The notes below the pieces were generated by a model, which saw only the letters and a program-made list of their open reading frames with translations, was not told the origin of the DNA and searched no databases. DNA of 56,526 nt, counting the filler, from Platydemus manokwari (taxonomy: Eukaryota): assembly GCA_037951405.1 (NCBI GenBank). It is 5 parts of 5 records of this genome, joined end to end, with 100 filler letters (N's around TTAATTAATTAA, not from the genome) between each part and the next. Parts side by side here need not be neighbours in the genome. Positions count along the whole stretch, not along the records: positions 1 to 10,196 come from JBBMOY011159327.1; positions 10,297 to 21,827 come from JBBMOY010619992.1; 3 more parts are not named here. One strand, written 5' to 3'. Shown here in pieces: positions 1-13,800 of the stretch (the first letter of the stretch is position 1; each line of letters begins with the position of its first letter). Both the position numbers and the translations under genes were made by a program.

Positions 1-1520
1 TTTTATTTGATTGTTTCGAGGTAAATTTGTATAATTGTGATTAATAGATTATTTATAATTGTTTGCCATTTTTATATCCAACAATTTCACACCATGAAAT
101 TCGGAATTAATAAGTGATTTTCAAAACCATGACAACGGCTTAGATTAGATAAGTTGATCACAATTGCAAATCGGAAAATATATCTTATGATTTGGGTATT
201 ATGACAGGATGAGTTCGAGAATGAATGCTTGGATTTGTGCTCAAGTAAAGTCTCTGTTAAATTTTAGTGCGTGATTATTGTGAAAATTTTGTGCATAATT
301 AATGTGCTATTTCTTATCTAAGGTATCTTTTTTTTAAAGGTTTCCGATTTTTGGGCGTGATAATTAATTTTCGGAATTTTCCTTTTCCTCATGGTGATTT
401 CTTATGTTAACACGGTGAATTTCAATTCAATTCATATAAAATTCAATTCATTTGAAATATCTCACACACCGATTAACAGTTTTTGCAATCTTTTTCTTCC
501 CAGAGTGGGGTAGAGCCTAGATCCAATCATACAATAATTCATGTATAATTTCATTACAATTTTTATCTCTTGATCGTTGTTAAGTACTTGTTGTATTTGC
601 ATTTCATATCAAGGTAACCAACTATAAAATTCGATAATTAATTGTTACAGAATATTATAATTATCAAATATTAACAATAATAATAATAATCTTGATTTAT
701 CGATACCACAATAAATACAACATAGTGTCTATTTCGTGAATTAAATAATAATTATAATGAAAATTGATCAAAATTGTAGGTAAACAAGTTTGTTTATTGT
801 CCGCCACTAGATGGATCGTTGATAAAATGAAACCCAATTTCATTTAGCCATAATAATTGATAATTGATTAGGACATAAATTAATTCATGAATGAGTGATA
901 GATTGAAATGAGATCGATGGATATCCAATACTCGAAGTGAAAAAATCATCAATAAACGATATGATAAAATATAATTTACAGTGTTTTGAAATAATATCAC
1001 TTGACATGGAATATTTTACTTGTAATTTTTATTTTGTTAAACCAAATTCGCTTTTATAAAGAATATATTCCAGGCTAATTCTTCTTTCACACAGACGATA
1101 TATGGTGAGGTAGTCCTTTCTTCATTGATAGATTGTGACCAAGTAGAATTAAACAGATGAGGAGTAAATCAATTTGAATTATTTATGAATTACAGTGTAA
1201 AAATCAATTGTAAAGAAGATCATTAAACCGAAAAAAATACAAAATATTATTCTAAATTCCAAAATTTAGAAATCACGTTTTATATGCAAATATGAAAATG
1301 AGAAATTAAATGAAGCTATTCAATGAGTAGCATTGAAACCTTATAATTTTTATTTCTCTGCCATTCAGGTGTTGCTGAATAAAAATGCGACAATTAATAT
1401 TTTAAATTGATAAGATCATTATCGAAATCGCTTACTGAGATAAAAAAAATCTAATTTACTGAATCCAGGTAAACCAATTTAATGTATGAAGATCAATAAA
1501 TTTTGCTAATATGTGCCTAC

Positions 1521-4500
1521 CGTGAAATTCAAAAATGAAGCATATCATTTATTATCGTTATTTTGAATGACATGTCACAGCGAATTATTGTAAAAATCCA
1601 AGTAATAAGTGCCATTATAAATTAGTAGACTAATTATTGAATATTATTTGGAACACATCAATTTATAAACAACTCAATAATTGAAATCCAATAAAAATGC
1701 TATAAAACCCTTTATTTTAAAATTATTTGTTGTTCTTGTGTCTGGGAGCAATTTCTATATGTGACTGCGGGTCTCATCTTTTTATCACTCATGGAGAAAA
1801 CCATTTCAGAAAAAATTTCGCCATGGAGATGAGTTTTATTACTGTTACATAACTGTATTCTGTTTTTTAGATTTTTGCCTTGTAATTGATGAAGTGAGGA
1901 GTGATCGCAGAACGAAAAGATTAAACCAAAGAAAAGCACACAGTAAGCATGTTCATGCCTGTGAAAACCGACTACGACTTACAAAATTTTGACTATAAAA
2001 ACCAGAATTTCAAACTTTGATTTTCAAAAGAGATAATAAATAATAAATAGATAATAAATCAATGCATTTTCATAGAGGTTTGGAAATTTTTTAAAATAAT
2101 GACATAAGTGATGAAAATATTAATAAAATCAAAATAAAAAGGTACATGAATATGATGTACCAAGTGATAGTTAAATAAACTTACAGTGTAGGTATAAGAT
2201 TCCATTAGACATTATTGGAGGTGTCGCCAATGTTTTTAAAAATGAAATACTATTGAGTACAATAATTTTCAAATTGTAGCTAATGGAAACAAAACGTACT
2301 TGTTGATGCTCAATGGTTAGAGTTGAAAGTACTAGTTGTGAAATGAAAAAAATAAATAAAATGCATGTTACTAGTGGTTAAATTAATACCTAGCCAAAGG
2401 ATTGCTCTACCATTTCCAAATTTAAATCTGAACTAGTATTGAAGGTAAAGTAATTGTTTTGTTTTGATAATAAAGGTAAATATTCAGTGGTTATTATTAT
2501 CGGTGATATAGTAAGAGTATAATAAGAGTAGTCAGCGTTTAAATAAATTATTATATTAAATATATTATGTGAAAGGTAAGACTTTATTAGGCAGTTTTAA
2601 ATTTGTGCAGGAATGTTATGACTAATTAACATATGATGCTTGACCATTTCTACTTATTTTATCGTGCATAGCTCGGTCAGATAAATATATTTTTAAAAAT
2701 AGAATTCGACTTATCAATGAGAAATTTATAGAGGAACAGAGTCTGATCAAATGGCCAGATGAGTTCGTTGGTTGTGTCAAACTTAAGAATATTATCAAAG
2801 CCATATCAGATTGATAAATAACGAAAATAATTTATTTGAATATAAGTTGAGAATAGATTTCAATGAAATTAGTAATAATATCGAATTATGAATAAAATTT
2901 TAGTGAAATCCAAGATCTGTCTTTATTATATCGATAATTATAATAGTAATTTTAACATCGAAGATTATATTATACTAATAATAAAGATGTGGTATTAATA
3001 AAAATACTATTGTCAGTTATGGTGTAGAAATTTATTTCCGTCAATTTGTTATTCAAACTTCCGAATTTAAAAACGACTTCAAAGTACAGAAAACCTTTGT
3101 TTTAATCTTAATATTTATTGTAATTATTATAATTTCAGAACATCAAAAATAAAAAAATTAAGTTGAAACTTCTAGCCGTATGGAAATATATTCACAATAA
3201 AAGTTTTTTTGTTCTACTTATTTAAATAATGACAGTAAGTGTTTTGTCCATTCCAATCATTCATTGTTTCTTTTCTATTGATAATTAACACCTGATTCGT
3301 CAAGAGCATCAATTAATTGAGGAACAGGTGAATTTCTTAAAAAAATAATTGTATAAGTTTTTCTTCATCAAGTAGTGTTTTTATTATTATTATTATGTGC
3401 TCTATTAAACAAAAATGACGTTAATAGTTATACAATAATCAAGATATTTTACGTATGTGTTCGAGAATATATTTCACATCTATATAAACCTTGAAATCTT
3501 TATAATATTATTTCATTGGTTATAATTCGAATTTTAAATTTTCGTTAAATTTTCTAGGATGTTGTGTACTTCATATAGTATTTATCATTTAGTGTTCTTT
3601 GGCAGAATACATTACTTTATGTTTTATTTGTTGAGTATAATCTGATTTCACGGCATTTAATTTCGATAATAATAATTTTACTTTATTTCACTACTTATCA
3701 ATTAAAGGAAATATTTGAACAGCTTTAAAAATGAATTTAAAAATTAAATAATAATAAAATAAAATAATATTATAAAATATAATATATTCAAATATGATTA
3801 TTAGTTGATTGCACGTTTTATCATTCTTATATTCTACTTGTCATACCCGGCCACGCATTGCTTAAACGCAATCTGGTTAAGTTAAATAATCTTTTTACTT
3901 CTTTTTAGTGTTTATTTCGTATATATATATAAAGACAATATTTAGATTCAAACACAGATGAATTGAAAAATCATAAAATTATATAGATGTATAACCGGTG
4001 ACAGTTAAAAACATACCGGGACTCGAATGAAACTTGTGCCAAAATATTTTCGGCGATTTTCGACTTTGAACAAACGAACTTGTATATGTTTATATAAATA
4101 GATTTTTGTAATACTTGTTTGGATAGAAATTTGAATCATATCAACATGTTTGATATATTTAGTATTCAGTCCATAATATTGAATTAAAGCATCACGATCA
4201 CGATGTTCAGATACCATAAAAAATTGCAAAGAAAATAATTAAGATATTTCCATATTATAATTTCTATTAATTTTATTAATATTAATATTATTATATCTAA
4301 TAAATTGTGTATTGATAAATTATTTTTTATTATAAAAATCAAAACTGAATATTATAACAATTTCTATTCGACAATATTCCAATTTAAATCATTTTTAGCT
4401 TATCTATTTCCATTGAACATATACGATGGGATTTTATTCCAAAAAGACAATTTCCCATAAGAAATTTTAAAAATATTCAAATAAATAATTCTACGAATGG

Positions 4501-7165
4501 ATTGAATTATTTCTATGAATTAGAATTTTTGTTTCCTATTGGTCAATAATTTATTCGACAGGCTCATAAGCCATTAAAACATAAAATAAAAAGCTTTTAA
4601 AACGATATCAGTCACGTTGAGATTAATTAGTACTGCATCGCAATCGAAGAATGATAAGAGGTGAGTGGATTCTTGAATTCGTATATTATATTGATTAAAC
4701 GAAGTGAATTTTAATTTTATTGTTCATTTTATCAGATGTTTTAAATTAAGCTTTGTCCATTGAACAGACTCCACCGTGGATAATTTTCTTTAATTAAAAT
4801 GCGTTTCGTTTCATACCATAGATTAGATGAAAGATATCGTGTAGAACGAATAATGGGAAATATTCAATATAGATATAAACATATATTTATAATTTTGATT
4901 TACTAAATAAGGTTGATTTAAACGAAAATTAATTTTTTCAAAAAATCTAATTAACATAGAGTGTTTCTGTCAGCGGCAATGAAATTTCACGATCATAAAG
5001 TGAATTCGAATAATGTAATAAAAGTTAAAATATTAATTAAAATCACAGTTGTTTTATCAAATATATGGCAAGAAATTATATTCATTGGAGCAATAAATTC
5101 TTGGGGAAAAATTCTAATAAATAATCAAGCAAAAATATTAATAAATGTATTTTGTATTTTTAATATTTATTTATAATTTTTTTAAATAAATCATTCATAA
5201 TGTTGTTGGCAAATAATTTTTCCGATAATTTTAAATAATAAATTTATAAAAATTTCTTTGTTAATTTATTTTGGTTTATGCAATAAATTGGTGATTAAAA
5301 ATCAAAACCAAATATTTTGAAATAAGAATAAATAATAAGTAATTGTAATAAGTTAGAAAAATAATTCTCAGCCAAAATTCCGCGGAATTCAGAGACTAAT
5401 GGATGATGGATTAAGCACCGTGAGGTACTTGGCTTCATGTGGTTTTCAGTTGGATATAAGAACAACACAGAAACTGCATCGTGTATTGCTTTTCTACACC
5501 ACATGTCACGTTCTGTAAGATTTTTCTTCAAAAATGTTTTCTATTTCTTGTCTTGATTCGATAGTAAGATGGATTACTAAACTAAATCTAGAACATTCAA
5601 ACAATAATTCTCAATGTATTTACTAGTATTATTCACATATAATATTAGAAATAAGATTAATGGCGTGTGAATTTCGATATGAACTGGGTGTTTTTAATTG
5701 ATTTCATACCGACAAAATGGTCGAAAAACAATGTCTTATATTAATAGATTGAACATCATACAGTAAGAGTTATATTTTGATATTAAATATATTTATAAAC
5801 TCTAAAAAGTAATTTTGATCGAGTGTAAGACTTCCTTATCGACAAATATAATGCTATAGGTTACCTAAGTTTCTCCATGTACATTATAGAATCTTTGATG
5901 AATTCGCAAACCTTTAATGAACAGTAGATGAAATTCAGTATTATATGATTTGAATAGTTCTTTGAATTTATCATTTATAAATCCATAATAAGCTATAATT
6001 ATTGCCGAAATTGTATGTTCCATTTGTAAAGAAAATAAAAAAGGATTTGGTGCTTTAAAAATAGGGTAGTGATATTTCAATATTTATGGAAAAACGAAAA
6101 TTAGATGCTTCTCTATTCTAACAGAATCAACCATAATATTACATTTACACGACTGTTTCATAAGTAAGTATTTTTTCATTGAATTCTTTTTCATTTCATT
6201 GAATATTCTCGCCTTTCAATGTATATAAATTCTATTTTTGATAATTATTAAACAAATTTAATGAAAATGAGTTATATGAAATTTTAATCCCACGAAATTT
6301 CCTCTTTTTAACGAATTTTGTTCGCAGAAAAATGATAATAACAAAACAAAATGAGTATGAAATACAAGAAATTAAAACTTTTTATGAAAATGAGAATTTG
6401 CATTCTGAATAGCAAGCATCAACAGCTATCAGCCTCATATGTGAATTATTTTTGTTCGATTTCCATACTAAATAAAATAAACACTTTTTTGTCAGAACAC
6501 ATGTGTACACACAAAGCAAATTGGCCTTTGATAATAATAGATTATGATTTATCTCTCATCTTCTAATAGACATTCTGATACATTATAAAAATCAACCAAA
6601 TAACATTGTACAGAATATATAATCAACGTGAGAATATCTTGAAGATCAATTAATTCGTAAAACCAAAAACAAATAATTATACAAATATTCTGTCTTTGCA
6701 ATGCATTTATTTATCGGTTAAATCTCCCACAGATGATAAATTATGAGCATCAATAGGATTTATTTATGAGTTTAATTATCCTGTAAATGTGCCTTGAACT
6801 CGAAGTCTTTATTCGGGGCCAGCATGTAATGCAGGACTAATGGAGCTTTACTTGTAAAATGGAGTAATTCGTTTATCATATGGAGAAGAGGAAATATTTG
6901 AGAAAAACAATTTAAAAATAACTTCTTTCAAAAATAATTTACCGATAATTAAATGGAAATTTGATTTATTTAATTACATTTTTATACTGTGAGCGGTTTT
7001 ACAGTTTGTTGATTGGACTGATGACATTTCCAACAAGTATTCCACCCGATTGACTGATTTCGTAAATGTTTCATTATTCGATGTTAAGGATCTGGTATCA
7101 AATATTTCACGATTTGCTTACGAGTAGTTGCAAACTCATCATCACTGACTGACCTAGACTGCCAT
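1521..7165 (-). other. Putative recoded (stop/+1) multi-exon gene; candidate exons 7165-5865, 5587-4956, 4902-4017, 2331-2185, 1992-1521
   Basis: ATG at 7165, GT-AG boundaries, several open stretches of 40-80 codons in changing frames. Exon 2331-2185 is fully open. No homolog recognised. Confidence 0.55.
3833..3885 (+). mobile_element. Possible non-autonomous Helitron-like end fragment
   Basis: GC-rich island TACCCGGCCACGCATTGC in an intron; resembles invertebrate Helitron/DINE-like termini from memory. Confidence 0.3.
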
Positions 7166-7287
7166 TATAATTGCATTTTATTTTCAAATCAGTTTATCTC
7201 TCACAATGTAATCCATTGTATAAAATTAAAAAAAAAAACATAAGTCCGAAATTAAATCCATATCTTTATATCCAACAAATTTATACG

Positions 7288-8972
7288 ATGAAAATTATCA
7301 AATTAAAGTTCAAAATAATTCTAAAAGCATATTTATTGTGAATTTTTTGTGAATAAGAAAACGATCTACTTCACAATTCACAGAATAAATGACATACATT
7401 CGTTGATGTATTTGGGCAATATGAAAGAAAATTGATTTTTCGACGTCTTCATTAATTAAATTTCGATTGTCTCATAAGCAAAATTGTAACATATTTTTGT
7501 CACAGTTATATTAGTTCATTTAAGTGGACAAAACATGTCAATTATTAATATGCTCTTATTCTATGAAAGAATTTCAGTTCTCATCATTTCAATTAATTAT
7601 TAACCAGTAGTTGAATTTTGTTTTCAAAAATATATTTTTGTTTCATAATCAATATCAAGAATATTTAATATATTAACTCGAATATTATGATAACAAGTGT
7701 AAAAAAAATATTTATGCAATCATTTTTGTGAGTGAAGAGCTGTTATGGAACCTTAATCCAATTACAACAGTTGACAACGACCAATAGGATGATGACAACA
7801 AATTTCAGTGAAATGGTTATGGGTTTGATAGAACTAAAACCAACTTATCGGCTAGAAATGTGTTGATATCACTAATAATTCAATAAGTAAATTCCCATAA
7901 TCTTTAATATCAATAATATTTGATAATTATCTTAAACTATTAGCCCTTGCGCTTGCTGGATAGTATTTTGTTAAAAATTGGAAAACATTATTTAATAAAT
8001 GACAACGAATATGAAATCATTCAAGTCGCTTTAATAATTATTATAACTTAATTTATATAAAATATCCATCATTGATTTATACAAGGTTTTTTGTGTCATT
8101 TGAATATTCAAATTAATATTATTTCTCACATCGGCGGAAAATTTCAGCTTTTGATAATGATTTTCTAATATATCATTTTAAACTAATTATTTTTCTCTTA
8201 TGAATATCAATGGAAATTCAATGTCAATTCAACCAATGGGAGAGGTTTGTGGGAAATTTAAAAAGAGTGTTTTGAATAAATGTATTGAAATTAACGTTTC
8301 GTTATATTTTTATTCAATAACGGTGGACCCTAGACTTTGATTTTGGTATTTTAGGTGAAAATATGATTCTCCCAAGTTAATCAAGAAAGAATTATCTTTA
8401 ATTATCTTAAGGACATTCTTAATTTTTAAGAATGATCCTTAGTTAATAGTACAATTTGACCTGGAAATACTATTTGTTTTAATATTAATTATATATATCA
8501 GAAAGGAAGTAAATAACACAGTTCAATATATCACTTTCCTGTGTATCTTACTTAATCAATATAGACATACATATACTTATTGATCTTTATTAAAAAATTC
8601 TTGTGAGTTTTCTCTGGTTAATTTGATTGAAAATATTGGATCTCGTAAGAACCACATTACGAAACATTATGCTTCCAGTCACCCCCATTTAAGGCAGTCG
8701 TAAGAGCCAGCCTACTCGAAATGCAATGACCAGACCTCACCATGAGGAGTACAAATCTTCATTACGGCAAAAAAACTAAAACTTATTAAGCATAAACAAT
8801 AACATCTTCACGACATGGTAGCACAAGTCCTCACGTTGGCTTATATTTCGATATAATCAGTTTATTATATATATAAAATATACGTTAGGTGCTCCCTCTG
8901 TTTGGATGATAAGAACAATACACTATGTTGAGAGGAAATCATTCGCATAAATTTCGTTTTTTATGTACATCA
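7288..8972 (+). other. Putative recoded (stop/+1) exons, divergent from the 7165 gene; possibly the missing 5' part of CLK
   Basis: GC-richer blocks with a 54-nt GT-AG intron (8835-8888). Protein-like only under the +1 rule. Confidence 0.4.
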
Positions 8973-10123
8973 GTATAATTTTGTCAATCTTTTAACGAAT
9001 TATATGATTACATATAATGTTAATATTGTTATTTGTTTCTAAAAATGTAATATCGATTTTTAATTGATATTCTGTTTTTTGGATTATATTTACGAGCTAA
9101 TATGTTTTATTATGAATACAATTTCAACAACATATAAACTTATATCCACCGCACAAATTCGATATCAATGATGATTCAAATTTGAAAATAAGGAAAAGAT
9201 TAGAATTTCAATTTGATTGTTTTGCTTGACAACGTGTCTGTATTTTATTATAAAGTCAATATTATGTTTATCTGACGACAAATAGAAATGATGTGGCAAA
9301 AGAATCTTCAACAAAATATATATATCTATCTATATTGAAGAAAATTTCAATTATTAGCTGGACAAATATTGATGGAATGTTATTTGCTTTATACAATTGA
9401 AAATTCCTTCTCTCACTAGACCACATAAACGGATTTCCACAAATCTTTTGGAAATGCAATATTTTGTGAATCAATATTAATTTCTACTTGTTATGAAGTT
9501 ACTAGTAAAATGAAATAATTAATTGACATATGTTGATGTTTCTTCGCTAAACATCTGTTGCATGCATCACTAAGGTGATTTTAGATTTTTTTTTCAACTT
9601 TTAATTAAAAGACAAAATTAATTAATATTTCAACTTTGAAAAAATGAGGGAAAAAATTACCTAGCAAATTTGTGAATGATATTCGAGAAGTTGATTGCAA
9701 AACTTGACGAATGTAATTTCGATGATTGTAGAACTATTAGAAGGAGAAAAAAATAAGCGGTTTACTGTCAAATTATAAATAGTAAGTCTCTCAAATCTTT
9801 TTTGTCGAATATCGTAAGCTGATCTTAATTCTGATATAAGTAGCAGTATATACAGTTGCCTAGTTTGGTTTTTATTTACCGATATATTAGGAGAAATATT
9901 TCTAAGCTTTCTAAGTGATAAGCAAATATAAGATTATTTATCAACATCCATTTAATTATTAATGTGTTAAGTAATTAATTCAATTGAATAACCCCTTGAT
10001 AACTTAATATTATTAGGAAAGAATATTGAGATATTACTTTGAAAGTAAAGGAAAAAATAGTAAAATTCTTATGAAAATAGTAATGTTATTAATTCAATAA
10101 TTCATTGATGGTATTTAGGTTAA

Positions 10124-10196
<73 letters not shown>
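10124..10196 (+). repeat. (ATT)n microsatellite at a contig end
   Basis: Seen directly; runs into the N gap. Confidence 0.97.
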
Positions 10197-10296
10197 NNNN
10201 NNNNNNNNNNNNNNNNNNNNNNNNNNNNNNNNNNNNNNNNTTAATTAATTAANNNNNNNNNNNNNNNNNNNNNNNNNNNNNNNNNNNNNNNNNNNN
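10197..10296. other. Artificial assembly linker N44-TTAATTAATTAA-N44
   Basis: Exactly 100 bp, identical at four sites, stops in all six frames. Confidence 0.97.
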
Positions 10297-10365
10297 TTGA
10301 TTGATAATATATCAATCAAAATTTGAAATTGTCAAAACGGACATTACTTTTCGGATGACCTAATA
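10297..10365 (-). mobile_element. mariner/Tc1 terminal inverted repeat remnant at the contig edge
   Basis: Reverse strand reads TA-TTAGGTCATCCGAAAAGTAATGTCCGTTTTG, similar to mariner TIRs (TTAGGT...AAAAGTAAT..CGG). A 10-bp hairpin lies at 10297-10319. Confidence 0.55.
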
Positions 10366-10828
10366 TATTAATTTGTTAGAAATAACTGAAAAAATAAATG
10401 ATGAAAAGTAAATTACTAACCTTGTGAAGATGTTATAATAATTCTGAGATATTTATTTTTTAAATAAAATTACAAATGCTTCGAAAAAATGAATATTTAT
10501 AACGAGTCTGTGATAATTGTAATGAAAGATGTCAAGTGTATTCAAGTGGGGAAATATTCCTATATATTCATAATCATTATCAAATGAAAATCAGTATTAA
10601 ATACCTATCGCATCAGCTTGTTATTTATGTTTTGTTTTTAAACACAATTCCTACAAACCATTGCAATAAGACCAAAAACCTAATAATTTTGCAATATTAA
10701 CAAGGTTTTTCAAAATTCTATTAAACAATTAATATAAGCCATTGAAATCATTCACAACAACTCTCAATGATTGTTATTATTATATGAATCATATTTATCA
10801 TATTTTATTTGAATATCCTTTATTTAAG

Positions 10829-13800
10829 AGAAATAATTTGGCAGTTGAAGATGATGAGAGTGGTCATCTCATGTATAAAGTCGGAGATAAATTGAATAAC
10901 AGATGTAAGATATCATTAATATTTCACTTTTTATCAATGAGGATATCAAATATTTGTGTAGATGAAATAAATACTACACTCGGAGAAGGCACATTTGGTA
11001 AGGTTGTTGAATGCACAGATCTAAAAAGGTAGCTTTGATTTCCTTTCACAATTTTATATCGTTCATTTCATTCATAAATTTATTGAACACACATATATCA
11101 ATAATATTTAGAAAACATGATAAAGTTGCTGTAAAAATTATTAAAAATATTGAAAAGTATCGCGAAGCAGCTATGCTGGAAATTAATGTTTTGAAATTTT
11201 TACAAGAGAAAGATCCTGATGGAAAATAGTACGTTTATTATAGATGAAGTTTGATAAAATTTGATTTGGATTTTTTCAGTCTCTGTATCAAAATGTATGA
11301 TTGGTTTAATTTTAATGGTCATATTTGTATATCTTTCCAACTTCTTGGTCTCAGTGTCTTCAATTTTTTGGTAATTATTGATTTCTTGTGTTATCATGCA
11401 ATTTTCAGTAGTGAAATTTATTTCAATTTAATTTTTTAATGACTTAATCTGATAATTTTTACTATTTATATACAAATAAGGTTTCAACAATCTTATAAGT
11501 AGGTGCTCAAATGAGCTTTACATTTGATATTAAGATCTTTTACTATAAGGCAGCGATTTGGGATACAGGATCTACTGCAAAACTATATTTTTGTAACGTA
11601 ATCGCTCTTTTATAAATGTAATTTGAAATGTTTCATAAAAGTCGACAGCCGAAAAATTGATGCAGAATTGTACACTAAATTTATTAAATTTAAATGATTT
11701 CTGCGACAGAGTCGATATTAAGGTGAATAACAATCTATTTATTGAATAATTCATAAAATGTTTTGGCGACCTTGGGACAGAACTAATTTTTCGATGAAGA
11801 ACATAAGGTGACTGATTTGGATTCACAATTATTGGAAAGGAAAATTTTTATTTATTTATTATGTAATACTGTACTGAAATGATAGTCAAACCCGGATTCA
11901 GTTTGAAAAATTTACTATTTTAACTGCATGACTTGCCTTGAAATCTTTAATGCTTAAAAATGAGTTGCATATAATTCTATCATCAATGATATCTGGATTT
12001 GATAAAATGATTAACAAGCAAAAAACCTTATGTCAATTATATTCTTACCATTTTGAGTTGAACAACTTTTTACCATTACGAAAACACATAAGTTATTATT
12101 AAATTAGAAAATAGTAAGTTAAAGCTTGAGAACCCCATTGTTATAAATAAAATATAATACGTACTAAGCAAAGTTCATTTTATTATTTTATAGTGGCAAA
12201 CCAAATCTGTATATATTTCATCAGTTAATATTTCATTTGTTCATGAATGTTAAAATAATTTATCAGCCATCTTTTCTATTGTCAGGATTATTTGCAATTT
12301 TTGTAATGAATAACTTGATAAAAACTGCTATTTCCTGCATAGATATAATCACTATTCTCTGATTGATTTCAATTAATTTTTGTAGAATTATACATATAAA
12401 ATTAAAAAATGTAAAATTTTAAAATTCTTGATATTTAATAAATGATATTTCAAGTTTGCTGTTGTGTTGCTTGTCATTTGAGGATTTTCTATGAATTCTA
12501 AAAATGACATTTTTGATTGAAATTCCATTGTTAGAATTTGTCAAGGTTGTCGTCAAACCATTTTCTTTCAAGAAAACCTTTATAAATTGATTGATTATAT
12601 ACGTAAAATAATTTTATGTTTACATATCGTTTCAACATGATATGGTCTGTTATGGCATCATAATAGTTTATTGTTGCATATTAAGCATATAATTTGAGTT
12701 GATTAAAACTGTTTTGTCGAAACTCGTCTCTTTTTAAGGACAAACAAAACCAGAAGTACAATATATCTGGAATCCATGTATGTCAAAAATCGTTAATGAA
12801 TTTATTTTCCTTTTTATAGGAAACATTTTTATAAACTCTTCAAATAATTCGTAAAGGCCATATATAATAATAAATAACATTTTACTTTCCATGAAATTGT
12901 TGTGATTATTATAGATTTCGCAGGTTAATACCAATATTTCTGGTCTCGCACATATTGTATTGCATTATTTTTCATTATTATTTTGTAAAATGTACGTTTC
13001 CTTCATTTAATTAATGACACATTTTATAAGTTTAGTTCTTGTGATATTCATTATTAAGGAATAGTTTTGCAGTTAATAATAAGCATATAATGAATACATT
13101 TATGCAAAAATACCAAAATGGCAAAACTCTATCAAAAATATTATTAATCGATAAAAATAGAATTATTCAATTTGGAAACGATATGGAAGTGTTTAAAAAA
13201 GATGACTAATAGAATTAGAATATTAGATATTCATCTGGAATTGTAGAAATTAGCCATAGATTATTCTGTCATTGAATGGACTAGAATAATACCAGTGATG
13301 ATGATGTATGGTACTACATATTGAATTACATACAAGAAAATATATAGAAAATCGATTATTTTGCTTATTGGAATTGTCAATTTTCGATAATAATTTATTA
13401 TTGATGATGAATATATATTATAACAAAATTTTTAAATAGCAATTGTTTTGTATTCTCTGAATTTATCTGTCCACTGTAAAGATTGATAGAATTGATATGA
13501 ATTCACTGAAATAACAGCATCAAATTGGGCGTTATTTCATTCGATGAAATACTTCACGATCTTTATTTATTACCAGTATATATAATTTGACAAGGCTTGC
13601 GTTATTAAGATGGCAAAATATTAATTTAATAATTATTTAGAAAGAGAATGAATATGTTCCCTATCCGATGGAGCAAGTTCGCCATATTGCCTATCAAATG
13701 TGTTTCGCTGTAAATTTTTTGCACGAAAATGGGTTAACACACACAGATTTAAAGCCGGAAAATATCCTATTTGTAAATTCAGATTACAATGTCATTTCAT

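Noticed and set aside
5865-7165. Number of stops met as proof of +1 over +2
   Set aside because: A hand comparison gave 23 (+1) versus 22 (+2), so it does not discriminate. The preference for +1 rests on codon usage, 4-nt periodic runs and CCDC33.
10241-10252. TTAATTAATTAA as a biological motif
   Set aside because: Always centred in exactly 44+44 N; an artificial linker.
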